A stretch of DNA of 64,000 nt. It comes from Alphaproteobacteria bacterium (lineage in GTDB: Bacteria > Pseudomonadota > Alphaproteobacteria > JAAEOK01). The notes beneath the pieces are model-generated. The model was not told the origin of the DNA, made no database searches, and worked only from the letters and a program-made list of their open reading frames with translations. Of this stretch, positions 27,142-35,444 are shown piece by piece. The stretch covers positions 29,320 through 93,319 of the forward strand of contig JAAEOK010000075.1 of the NCBI GenBank assembly GCA_024244705.1, written 5' to 3'. Every line of letters starts with the position of its first letter. Position 1 is the stretch's first letter. The translations under genes were made by a program, and so were the position numbers.

Positions 27142-28137
27142 CTATTGCAGCCGTCTCGCCTCGGTTAACAGCCGTTCACCCTCGGCACCGGCCTCCTGCA
27201 GATACAGCTGATAGATGGGTTCGGCCTGGGCGCGCCAATCGGCGATTTGGGCCGCGGTCAGATCGACGACCGTCATATCGGTGTCGGTGCGCAGCCAATC
27301 GAGAAGCTCGAGTTCCACCGCACCATAGCCGGCGCGCAGCTCGCGCTCGACGGCGACAGCGGCGGCGCCGATAATCTCGCGCTCGGCCTCGGACATGCCG
27401 CGCCACAGGTCGTCGTTGATCAACACGACAAAAACCGCCGCCGCCAGGTTGGTGTTGGAGAGGTAGTCCATGACTTCATAGAGGCGTCGCGATTCGACCG
27501 CCCCGACAGCGGTCATGCCATAATCGACGGTGCCGCGCTGATAGGCGAGAAACTGCTCGGAGCCCGACAACAGAACCGGTGCGGCACCGAGCTGCTTGAC
27601 GAATTCACCCAGCATACGCCCGTAGACGCGCACCTTCTTGCCCTTGAGGTCCGACGGCTCGACCAGCGCCTGCCTCTTTCCGACCGTGATCGCGAGGCCG
27701 AAGGGCTGCCACCACAGGGCGCGCGCACCGGTGGAGAGGATATCGGCATCGAGAATCCGGCGGACCGGGCTGTCCGGCGCGATCGCCTCGGCGACGGCGG
27801 CGTTGTCATTGAACAGGAAGGGCAGCGAAAACAACTCGACCGCCGGCCGGGTCCCAGCGAATCGCGTCAACGAAGCCAACCCCATATCGATGGCGCCGCT
27901 CGCAACCGCCTGTGGCACCGCTTTGTCCTTGTAGAGTTGGGCCGAGGGGTAGATCTCGACGCGAATATCACCGCCGGACGCGAGCTCGACGCGGTCCTTG
28001 AATGCCTGAATATTCTGGCCGAGCACATTGGCCAGGGGCAATTGCATGGTCAAGCGTAAAACCCGCTCTGCCCGTGCGTCGATCGGGCTCAGCACGGCGA
28101 CAGCGGACAACAACAGCAATACCGCGAACCTGGTCAT
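27142..28137 (-). CDS. dctP: TRAP transporter substrate-binding protein DctP (periplasmic)
   Basis: Signal peptide MTRFAVLLLLSAVAVLSPIDARA followed by a DctP-family fold. GGGAG lies about 10 nt upstream of the ATG at 28137. The ORF-track extension is rejected. Confidence 0.8.
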   Translation of the reverse strand: MTRFAVLLLLSAVAVLSPIDARAERVLRLTMQLPLANVLGQNIQAFKDRVELASGGDIRVEIYPSAQLYKDKAVPQAVASGAIDMGLASLTRFAGTRPAVELFSLPFLFNDNAAVAEAIAPDSPVRRILDADILSTGARALWWQPFGLAITVGKRQALVEPSDLKGKKVRVYGRMLGEFVKQLGAAPVLLSGSEQFLAYQRGTVDYGMTAVGAVESRRLYEVMDYLSNTNLAAAVFVVLINDDLWRGMSEAEREIIGAAAVAVERELRAGYGAVELELLDWLRTDTDMTVVDLTAAQIADWRAQAEPIYQLYLQEAGAEGERLLTEARRLQ

Positions 28138-28328
28138 TTCGATCTTGTCTCCCGCTTCAGGAAGGTCGTGAGGGATTGCACGATCGGGCAAATCAACGCC
28201 GGGACCGGGCAAACGCCCAACCGGGGTCATTCTATAAGAATTTCGCTGTCCCGTCTGGACATTGCGCCGGTCGGTCGTTCCGGCTACCATTTCAATCGGA
28301 GTCGATGGCAAATTCCGGGGACCGAACC

Positions 28329-28694
28329 ATGTCAGACGATACCACTCTGCCGACGGGGGACGACGCGCAGAAAGCGCGCAACCTGCTGCTCATTACCTAC
28401 GTTCTTTATGGTCTGAGCCTGATCAATGGCCTGACCGCGGTGGCCGGCGTCATCATCGCCCACATCAAGGTCAATGAGGTTACCGACGAGTTTCTCCAAA
28501 GCCACTACCGGTGGCTCATCCGCACCTTCTGGCTCGGCCTCATCGCCGGCATCATCGCCGGCGTGCTGACCGTTATCTTCATCGGCTTCCTGCTGCTGTT
28601 GGTTGTCTTCCTGTGGTACATCTATCGGCTGGTGAAGGGTTTTCTCCGCTTCAACGACGGCAAGCCGATCGAAGACCCGGGCGCCTGGCTCTAA
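28329..28694 (+). CDS. Small integral membrane protein (DUF4870-like, 2-3 TM)
   Basis: MSDDTTLPTGDDAQKARNLLLITYVLYGLSLINGLTAVAGVIIAHIK... The start at 28329 has GGGGA 7 nt upstream; an alternative ATG lies at 28305. Confidence 0.45.
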   Translation: MSDDTTLPTGDDAQKARNLLLITYVLYGLSLINGLTAVAGVIIAHIKVNEVTDEFLQSHYRWLIRTFWLGLIAGIIAGVLTVIFIGFLLLLVVFLWYIYRLVKGFLRFNDGKPIEDPGAWL

Positions 28695-28759
28695 CATAGG
28701 CGACCCGGCGCCGGAATCCGGTTAAGGCGTATCCCGGATATCCTGATCCGGCCAATTCA

Positions 28760-28856
28760 GTCGTCCCGGATGCGTTCAGCACGTCGTGCTGCTTCGCCGG
28801 TCCGGGATCCCGGGTCTGCAGCACACCGCTGCGCGCTGCGCTGCGCCCGGGATGAC
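28760..28856. repeat. Copy A of a roughly 100-bp palindromic MITE/REP-like intergenic repeat with terminal inverted repeats GTC(G/A)TCCCGG ... CCCGGGATGAC
   Basis: gtcgtcccggatgcgttcagcacgtcgtgctgcttcgccggtccgggatcccgggtctgcagcacaccgctgcgcgctgcgctgcgcccgggatgac is about 80% identical to the element at 42301-42402. The two halves are mutually complementary (long imperfect hairpin) with a central CCGGGATCCCGG palindrome. It lies in the convergent gap between the DUF4870 gene and the aryl-CoA ligase gene. Confidence 0.6.
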
Positions 28857-28907
28857 CATTCGGGGAATGCTTCCAGTTCAGCCGTACTTATCGAAGCTCT
28901 AGGATGG

Positions 28908-30545
28908 TCAGGATTCCAACGGCCGCGCCTTTAGCGCCTGGCGATCGATCTTGCCGGTTCCGGTCTTGGGCAACTCGTTGGTGTAGTCGATGATCCGCGG
29001 ATATTTGTACGGCAGCAGCGCGGCCTTGACATAGGCTTGCAGTTCCTTCGTCGTCGCCGCCGACTCCGCGCGGCCGGGTTCGAGGACGACGAAGGCCCGA
29101 ATCGTCATCCGCCGGTCCGCCAGCTCGACGCCGAAGACGGCGCATTCGCGCACGGCGGGATGTTCGGCCAGGCACAGCTCGATTTCGAGCGGATAGACCC
29201 ATTGACCGCTGACCTTGATGAGGTCGTCGGCGCGGCCGCGGAAAAAGTAGAACCCGTCCTCATCCTCGACGAAACGATCGCCGGTCCAGATCCAGTCGTC
29301 GCGCATGGTGTCGGCCGTTTTCTCCGACTGACCCCAATAGCACGGGGCGCTCGAATGACCACGGACGGAAAGGATCCCCTCCTCGCCGGCGGCGACCGGC
29401 GCACCGGCGCGGTCGGTCAGTCGGATCTCGTAACCGGGAACGCGCTTTCCCGCCGCGCCCAGCTTCTTTTGCTCGACCGTATTCGACAGGTACATGTGCA
29501 GCAATTCGGTCGACCCCAGCCCCTCGACGATCTCGAGGCCGAACAGTTCCTTCCAGCCATTGAAGATTTCCGCCGACAACACCTCGGCGGCCGAGACGCA
29601 AAGCCGCAGCGACGAAAGGTCCGCGGTTGCGCTTCGCGGATCCTTCAGCAGGGCCGTGAAGAGCGTCGGCAGGCCGTAGAACACGGTCGGGCGAAATCGC
29701 TCGATCGCGGTGAAAACGGCTTGCGGGTCGGGGCGCCCGGCGAGTAACACCGAGCCGCCGCCGGTGGCGAACGGAAAGGTGACCGAGTTTCCGAACCCGT
29801 AGGCGAAAAAGATCTTGGGCACCGAGAAGCTGATGTCGTCTTGGCCGAGAGCGATGACATGGCGGGCATAGGATTGGGCGGTGTAGAGCATGTCGTGCTG
29901 GAGATGGACGACTCCCTTCGGCCGGCCGGTGCTGCCGGAGCTGTACATCCAGAACGCCATGTCGTCGCGGTCGGTCCGCGCGGCATCGAGCCTGGTCTCC
30001 TGCCCGGCGAGCCAGGTCTCGGCGTCTTTGATCTCGAAGCGACCCGCGAGCGAAGCCAGCCCATTCACGATGACGGTTTCGAGGGCCGTGCCGTCGACCG
30101 TCTCCCCATCGAAACTGTCGGCATAGGCGGCGTCGACGATGGCGGCACGGGCCCGCGAATCCTGAAGATAGAAGCGGACCAACTCGACCGGCGACAGCGT
30201 ATTGATGAGGACCGGTACCAGGCCCGCCCGAATGGCGCCGAACAGGGCCGCCGGATAGACCGGCGTATCGTCGAGGAAGAGAAGCACGCGGTCGCCGCGC
30301 GCGAGGCCGAGTTCGCGGAACCCGTTGCCGAACCGCGCGGCCTGCTCGCAAAGCTGCCGATAGGTCCAATCACCGGTAGCGCCGTAGATCGCGATCTTGT
30401 CGCCGCGGCCGGTCTCAAGATTGCGGAAGAGGATCTCGCTCGCGTTGTAGCGATCAGGCACCGAGAACCCGATCTCGGCCGCACCGGGCGCATCGTCGGG
30501 CACGCGATCGACGATGGTGTCGTCGTCCGACGCGTCCGCGCTCAC
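28908..30545 (-). CDS. Aryl-CoA ligase of the benzoate-CoA ligase family (AMP-forming)
   Basis: YSSGSTGRPKGV AMP-binding motif, plus benzoate/4-hydroxybenzoate/2-aminobenzoate-CoA ligase-like N-terminal (FSVPDRYNASEILF) and C-terminal (GTGKIDRQALKA) regions. A GTG start at 30545 with AAGGAG 8 nt upstream is proposed. The ORF-track start at 30707 would overlap the upstream gene by 160 nt. Confidence 0.75.
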   Translation of the reverse strand: MSADASDDDTIVDRVPDDAPGAAEIGFSVPDRYNASEILFRNLETGRGDKIAIYGATGDWTYRQLCEQAARFGNGFRELGLARGDRVLLFLDDTPVYPAALFGAIRAGLVPVLINTLSPVELVRFYLQDSRARAAIVDAAYADSFDGETVDGTALETVIVNGLASLAGRFEIKDAETWLAGQETRLDAARTDRDDMAFWMYSSGSTGRPKGVVHLQHDMLYTAQSYARHVIALGQDDISFSVPKIFFAYGFGNSVTFPFATGGGSVLLAGRPDPQAVFTAIERFRPTVFYGLPTLFTALLKDPRSATADLSSLRLCVSAAEVLSAEIFNGWKELFGLEIVEGLGSTELLHMYLSNTVEQKKLGAAGKRVPGYEIRLTDRAGAPVAAGEEGILSVRGHSSAPCYWGQSEKTADTMRDDWIWTGDRFVEDEDGFYFFRGRADDLIKVSGQWVYPLEIELCLAEHPAVRECAVFGVELADRRMTIRAFVVLEPGRAESAATTKELQAYVKAALLPYKYPRIIDYTNELPKTGTGKIDRQALKARPLES

Positions 30546-31687
30546 GGGCTGATCTCCTTCGCCGACCGACGGTTCAGATATTCGCCCACGAAGCCTGGTG
30601 AATTCGCCCGCAGGCGCTCGGTGTCGACGCGGCCGCTGCGCTGGATATAGCGCCAGGCGAGGTTCCAGGCATCGAGTTCCATATGCCGACCGAAACTCTC
30701 GTACCACGCGCCGCTCGCATTGGCCGCGGCGACCAGCTTTTCGACGATCGGCCGCCGTTCTTTCTCATAACTTTCGAGCGCCCTGGGCACGTCATCGCCA
30801 TGCATCTCGAGCGCCTCCGCCAGGGCTATGGCATCCTCGAGGGCGAGCCGCGTCCCGGAGCCGATCGAGAAATGCGCGGTGTGCAGCGCGTCACCGACGA
30901 GCACGGCATTGCCGGCAGACCAGCGGCGGTTGGACACTCGGGGAAAATTCCGCCAAACCGACTTGTTGGAAACCAGGGAATGGCCATCGAGATCTTCGGC
31001 GAAAGTCTCCTCGCAATAGGATTTCGTCTCGGCTTCGGTCATTTCCGCAAAGCCCGCGCGCGCCCAGGTCTCGGCGTCGGTCTCGACGATGAATGTGCTC
31101 ATCCCCGGCGCGTAACGATAATGGTGCGCGTTGAAAACGCCGTCGGCGGTTCGGTGGAATGTCTGGGTAAGCGTCTCGAACGGCTTGGTCGTGCCGTACC
31201 ACACGAACTTGTTCGAGAAATAGGTAACCGACGCGCCGAAGGCATCCTGGTAGGTGCCGCGGACCAGCGAATTGACGCCGTCGGCGCCGATCACGAGATC
31301 GGCGTCGGCCAATTCATCGAGACTGTCAATTCGACGGCCGAAGTCCGGTCGGAGGTCGACCGAGGCGACCCGCGATTGGAGGAGGCGTAGCAGCTCCAAG
31401 CGGCCGATCGCCGAGAAGCCGATGCCGTCGATTGCGATGATCTCACCGTCATGGACAATGCGAAGGTCGTGCCAGGTTTCGAGGCTGGGCCGGATGAGGT
31501 CGTAGGTTTCGCCATCGTCGGCGCGCAGGAACTCGAGGGCGCGGTCGGAGAAAACGACACCGAAGCCGAAGGTCGCATCGGGCGGGTTCTGCTCGACCAG
31601 CCAGATTTCTGCATCGCCGCGACGCCGCTTGAAGAGATAACTGAAATAGAGACCCGCCGGCCCGCCGCCGATGACCGCCACCCGCAT
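30542..31687 (-). CDS. FAD-dependent aromatic-ring monooxygenase (UbiH/salicylate-hydroxylase-like flavoprotein)
   Basis: Rossmann dinucleotide motif VAVIGGGPAGL, a DG/GD FAD fingerprint (LVGDALHTAHFSIGSGTRLALEDA) and a C-terminal domain. Start taken at the second ATG (MRVAVIGGG), which has GAGGAG 6 nt upstream. Its stop overlaps the ligase GTG start (GTGA). Confidence 0.75.
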   Translation of the reverse strand: MRVAVIGGGPAGLYFSYLFKRRRGDAEIWLVEQNPPDATFGFGVVFSDRALEFLRADDGETYDLIRPSLETWHDLRIVHDGEIIAIDGIGFSAIGRLELLRLLQSRVASVDLRPDFGRRIDSLDELADADLVIGADGVNSLVRGTYQDAFGASVTYFSNKFVWYGTTKPFETLTQTFHRTADGVFNAHHYRYAPGMSTFIVETDAETWARAGFAEMTEAETKSYCEETFAEDLDGHSLVSNKSVWRNFPRVSNRRWSAGNAVLVGDALHTAHFSIGSGTRLALEDAIALAEALEMHGDDVPRALESYEKERRPIVEKLVAAANASGAWYESFGRHMELDAWNLAWRYIQRSGRVDTERLRANSPGFVGEYLNRRSAKEISP

Positions 31688-31759
31688 CGACATCTCCTCT
31701 CTGCATTCGCGTCCGTCCGCCGCTCGGCCGCAGGACGATGTGCCCTGCCGGAGGCAAAG

Positions 31760-34700
31760 CTACCCCGCCGCCTCCCTGGTCTCGCCGGCGCTGCCGAAGC
31801 CACCGCCGCCCGGCGTTTCGACGACAAAGACATCGTCCGGCCCGAGCTCGATCTTGTCGGTCGGCCCGAGCTCGACGATGGTACCGTCCGCGCGCTCGAC
31901 ATAGTTGTGTCCGAGCGCGCCGGTCTCGCCGCCGGCCATGCCATAGGGCGCGACGCGGCGATGGTTGGACAGGATCGCCGCCGTCATCGGTTCGAGGAAC
32001 TTGATCCGGCGCACCGCGCCATCGCCGCCGCGATGCACGCCGCCCCCACCCGAGCCGCGGCGAATGACGAAGGATTCGACCATCACCGGGAAGCGCCATT
32101 CGAGCACTTCGGGATCGGTCAGGCGCGAGTTGGTCATGTGTGTATGGACGGCGTCGCAGCCGTCGAAATCGGGCCCCGCGCCGGAGCCGCCGCAGATCGT
32201 CTCGTAATACTGGTACCTGTCGTCGCCGAAGGTCAGGTTGTTCATCGTGCCCTGGGACGCGCCCATGACGCCGAGCGCGCCATAGAGCGTGTCGGTGATC
32301 ATCTGGCTGGTCTCGACGTTGCCGGCAACGACGGCGGCCGGATATTGAGGGTTCAGCATCGAGCCTTCCGGGATGACGATACTGAGCGGCTTGAGGCAGC
32401 CCTCGTTCATCGGGATCTCGTCATCGACCAGGGTACGGAAGACATAGAGCACGGCCGCCCGGCAAACCGCCGACGGCGCGTTGAAATTATTGGGCAGCTG
32501 GTCCGAGGTGCCGGTGAAATCGATGGTCGCGCTGCGCGCCGCCTTGTCGATGGTGACGGCGACGTGGACCTCGCCACCCTCGTCCAGGGGATAGGTGAAT
32601 TCGCCGTCCTTGAGCACGTCGAGGACACGACGCACCTGTTCCTCCGCGTTGTCCTGGACGTGGCCCATATAGGCGTGGACGACATCGAGACCGAAATGGT
32701 CGACCATGCGGCGCAATTCCTGGACGCCCTTCTCGTTGGCGGCGATCTGGGCGCGCAGGTCGGCCACGTTTTGGTTGGGATTGCGTGCCGGATAAGCCCC
32801 CGAATCGAGCAATTCCCGCAACTCCGGTTCGCAGAACCGGCCGCGGTCGACCAAGGTGAAGTTGTCGATCAGGACGCCTTCCTCCTCGACCGTCGTGCTG
32901 TCCGGCGGCATCGAGCCCGGCGTGATACCCCCGATATCCGCATGGTGGCCGCGCGAGCCGACATAGAACAGGATGGTCGCGCCGGCGTCATCGAACACCG
33001 GAGTGATCACTGTGATGTCGGGCAGGTGCGTACCGCCGTTATAGGGTGCGTTGAGGACATAGACGTCGCCCGGCGCCATGGTGCCGCCGCGTTCGCGGAT
33101 GATGGCTCGCACGCTCTCGCTCATCGAGCCCAGATGGACCGGCATGTGGGGCGCGTTGGCGATCAGCTGCCCGTGCTGGTCGAAGATGGCGCAGGAGAAA
33201 TCGAGCCGTTCCTTGATGTTGACCGAATAGCTTGTGTTTTCGAGCGTCGCGCCCATCTGCTCGGCGATCGACATGAACAGGTTGTTGAAGATTTCCAGCA
33301 TCACCGGGTCGACTTTGGTGCCCACCGCGGAGGCCCGTTGTAGCGGCACCACGCGGGTCATGACGACATGGTTGCGCGGCGTGATCTCGCCCTGCCAGCC
33401 GGGCTCGATGACCGTCGTGCTGGTCGCCTCGATGAGCACGGCGGGACCGTCGATGCGGTGCCCGGGCCGAAGCGTCTCGCGGGCATAGACCGGGGTCTCG
33501 TAATTGCCGCCGCCGCTGACCATGGCGACCCGGGCCAGGGCGTCGGGCAACGCCGATGGCGCGCCCTGCTCGGCCACCACCGGATCTTCGACGGTTTCGG
33601 TCAGGCCGATGACCTCGACCGCCACCGCCTCGACGACATGGGGCTTGTCGGGGACGACGAAGCCGTAGCGCTGGCGATGGGCGTGCTCGAAGCTCGCGAT
33701 GATGACCTGGGTATCGCCGAAATCGACGATCAGCGGCGCATCGGTGCCGTCGTAGCGGAGGTGGATCGTGTGCTTGACGCGGATGTGGTCGTCGTCGATG
33801 CCCTGGGCGCGCATTTCGGCACGGCCTTCGGCCTCGAGCCGTTCGAGCACGGCTTTCAGGTCGGGTAAAATCTCGTCGCCGAGACGGGCCTCCACCGCCT
33901 GTTCGCGAATCACCCGCATATCCGCGAGACCCATGCCATAGGCCGACAGCACGCCGGCGAAGGGATGAAGGAAGACCCGTGTCATGCCGAGCGCGTCGGC
34001 GACCAGGCAGGCGTGCTGGCCGCCGGCGCCACCGAAGCAGCAAAGGGTGTATTCGGTGACGTCATAGCCGCGCTGGATCGAGATCTCCTTGATCGCATTC
34101 GCCATGTTATCGACGGCGATGCGGAGAAATCCCTCGGCGACTTCGACCGGCGTGCGGGCGTCTCCGGTGCGAGCCTTGATCTCGGCGGCCAACGCGGCGA
34201 ACTTGTCACGAACCACGTCGCCGTCGAGCGGCCGGTCCGCATTGGGCCCGAACACCTTGGGGAAGAATTCGGGCTGGATCTTGCCCAGCATCACATTGCA
34301 GTCGGTGACCGCCAACGGACCGCCCCGCCGGTAGCAGGCGGGACCAGGATTGGCGCCCGCCGATTCGGGACCAACGCGGTATTTCATGCCGTCGAAAACG
34401 AGGATCGAGCCGCCACCGGCGGCGACGGTGCGGATCTGCATCATCGGCGCGCGCATGCGGACGCCGGCGACCTGGGTCTCGAAGGCGCGCTCGTATTCCC
34501 CGTTGTAATGGGACACGTCGGTCGAGGTGCCGCCCATGTCGAAGCCGATGATCTCGCCGAACCCCGCCATCTCGGCGGTCCGCACCATACCCACCACGCC
34601 GCCGGCCGGACCCGACAGGATGCTGTCCTTGCCCTGGAAGAAGCGGGCGTCGGTCAGGCCGCCGTTGGATTGCATGAACATCAGCCGGACGTCGCCGAGC

Positions 34701-35395
34701 TCGGTCGCGACCCGATCGACATAGCGCCGCAGGATCGGCGATAGATAAGCGTCGACGACCGTCGTGTCGCCGCGGCTGACCAGCTTCATCAGCGGGCTCA
34801 CGCCGTGGGACACGGAGATCTGGGTGAAGCCGATCCGCTTCGCCAGCTCTGCCACCGCGCGCTCATGATCTGGATAGCGATAGCCGTGCATGAAGACGAT
34901 GGCCGTCGAACGGATGCCGTCGTCGTAGGCTTGCTGTAAGCTCTCACCGGCGGGGTCGAGATCGACCGCCACGATTTCTTGACCGTCGGCGCGCACACGC
35001 TCGTCGACCTCGATCACCCGCTCGTACAGCAGTTCGGGGAGTACGATGTGCCGGTCGAACAATCTGGGGCGGTTCTGGTAGGCGATGCGCAGGGCATCGG
35101 CGAAGCCTTTGGTGATGACCAGAACGGTACGGTCGCCCTTGCGCTCCAGCAATGCGTTGGTCGCCACCGTCGTGCCCATCTTGACGGCGTCGATATCGGC
35201 CTCCGGTATCGCATCGCCGCTGTCCAGGCCGAGCAGCTCACGGACCCCCTGAAGTGCCGCGTCGGCGTATTGTTCGGGATTTTCCGACAACAGTTTGTGG
35301 GTGACCACGGCGCCGTCCGGGCGCTTGGCGACGACGTCGGTGAAGGTGCCGCCGCGATCGATCCAGAACTGCCAGTGGCCGTCGGTCATCAACAT
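31760..35395 (-). CDS. 5-oxoprolinase (ATP-hydrolysing)/N-methylhydantoinase, fused HyuA-HyuB (1211 aa)
   Basis: N-terminus WQFWIDRGGTFTDVV (hydantoinase A) and a C-terminal hydantoinase B/oxoprolinase domain, colinear with fused OplAH-type 5-oxoprolinases. Confidence 0.85.
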   Translation of the reverse strand: MLMTDGHWQFWIDRGGTFTDVVAKRPDGAVVTHKLLSENPEQYADAALQGVRELLGLDSGDAIPEADIDAVKMGTTVATNALLERKGDRTVLVITKGFADALRIAYQNRPRLFDRHIVLPELLYERVIEVDERVRADGQEIVAVDLDPAGESLQQAYDDGIRSTAIVFMHGYRYPDHERAVAELAKRIGFTQISVSHGVSPLMKLVSRGDTTVVDAYLSPILRRYVDRVATELGDVRLMFMQSNGGLTDARFFQGKDSILSGPAGGVVGMVRTAEMAGFGEIIGFDMGGTSTDVSHYNGEYERAFETQVAGVRMRAPMMQIRTVAAGGGSILVFDGMKYRVGPESAGANPGPACYRRGGPLAVTDCNVMLGKIQPEFFPKVFGPNADRPLDGDVVRDKFAALAAEIKARTGDARTPVEVAEGFLRIAVDNMANAIKEISIQRGYDVTEYTLCCFGGAGGQHACLVADALGMTRVFLHPFAGVLSAYGMGLADMRVIREQAVEARLGDEILPDLKAVLERLEAEGRAEMRAQGIDDDHIRVKHTIHLRYDGTDAPLIVDFGDTQVIIASFEHAHRQRYGFVVPDKPHVVEAVAVEVIGLTETVEDPVVAEQGAPSALPDALARVAMVSGGGNYETPVYARETLRPGHRIDGPAVLIEATSTTVIEPGWQGEITPRNHVVMTRVVPLQRASAVGTKVDPVMLEIFNNLFMSIAEQMGATLENTSYSVNIKERLDFSCAIFDQHGQLIANAPHMPVHLGSMSESVRAIIRERGGTMAPGDVYVLNAPYNGGTHLPDITVITPVFDDAGATILFYVGSRGHHADIGGITPGSMPPDSTTVEEEGVLIDNFTLVDRGRFCEPELRELLDSGAYPARNPNQNVADLRAQIAANEKGVQELRRMVDHFGLDVVHAYMGHVQDNAEEQVRRVLDVLKDGEFTYPLDEGGEVHVAVTIDKAARSATIDFTGTSDQLPNNFNAPSAVCRAAVLYVFRTLVDDEIPMNEGCLKPLSIVIPEGSMLNPQYPAAVVAGNVETSQMITDTLYGALGVMGASQGTMNNLTFGDDRYQYYETICGGSGAGPDFDGCDAVHTHMTNSRLTDPEVLEWRFPVMVESFVIRRGSGGGGVHRGGDGAVRRIKFLEPMTAAILSNHRRVAPYGMAGGETGALGHNYVERADGTIVELGPTDKIELGPDDVFVVETPGGGGFGSAGETREAAG

Positions 35396-35444
35396 TTATC
35401 CCAGGTGCCGATTTCCGGCGAAGCTATCGTTTCCTGGGATCAGG

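Noticed and set aside
29260-30369. 369 aa minus-strand ORF in an alternative frame of the aryl-CoA ligase gene; similar cases at 33039-34043 within the oxoprolinase, 35440-36948 within the membrane protein and 43628-44488 within ampD.
   Set aside because: Same-strand alternative frames of well-supported genes. The products are about 25% Arg and Pro/Gly-rich.
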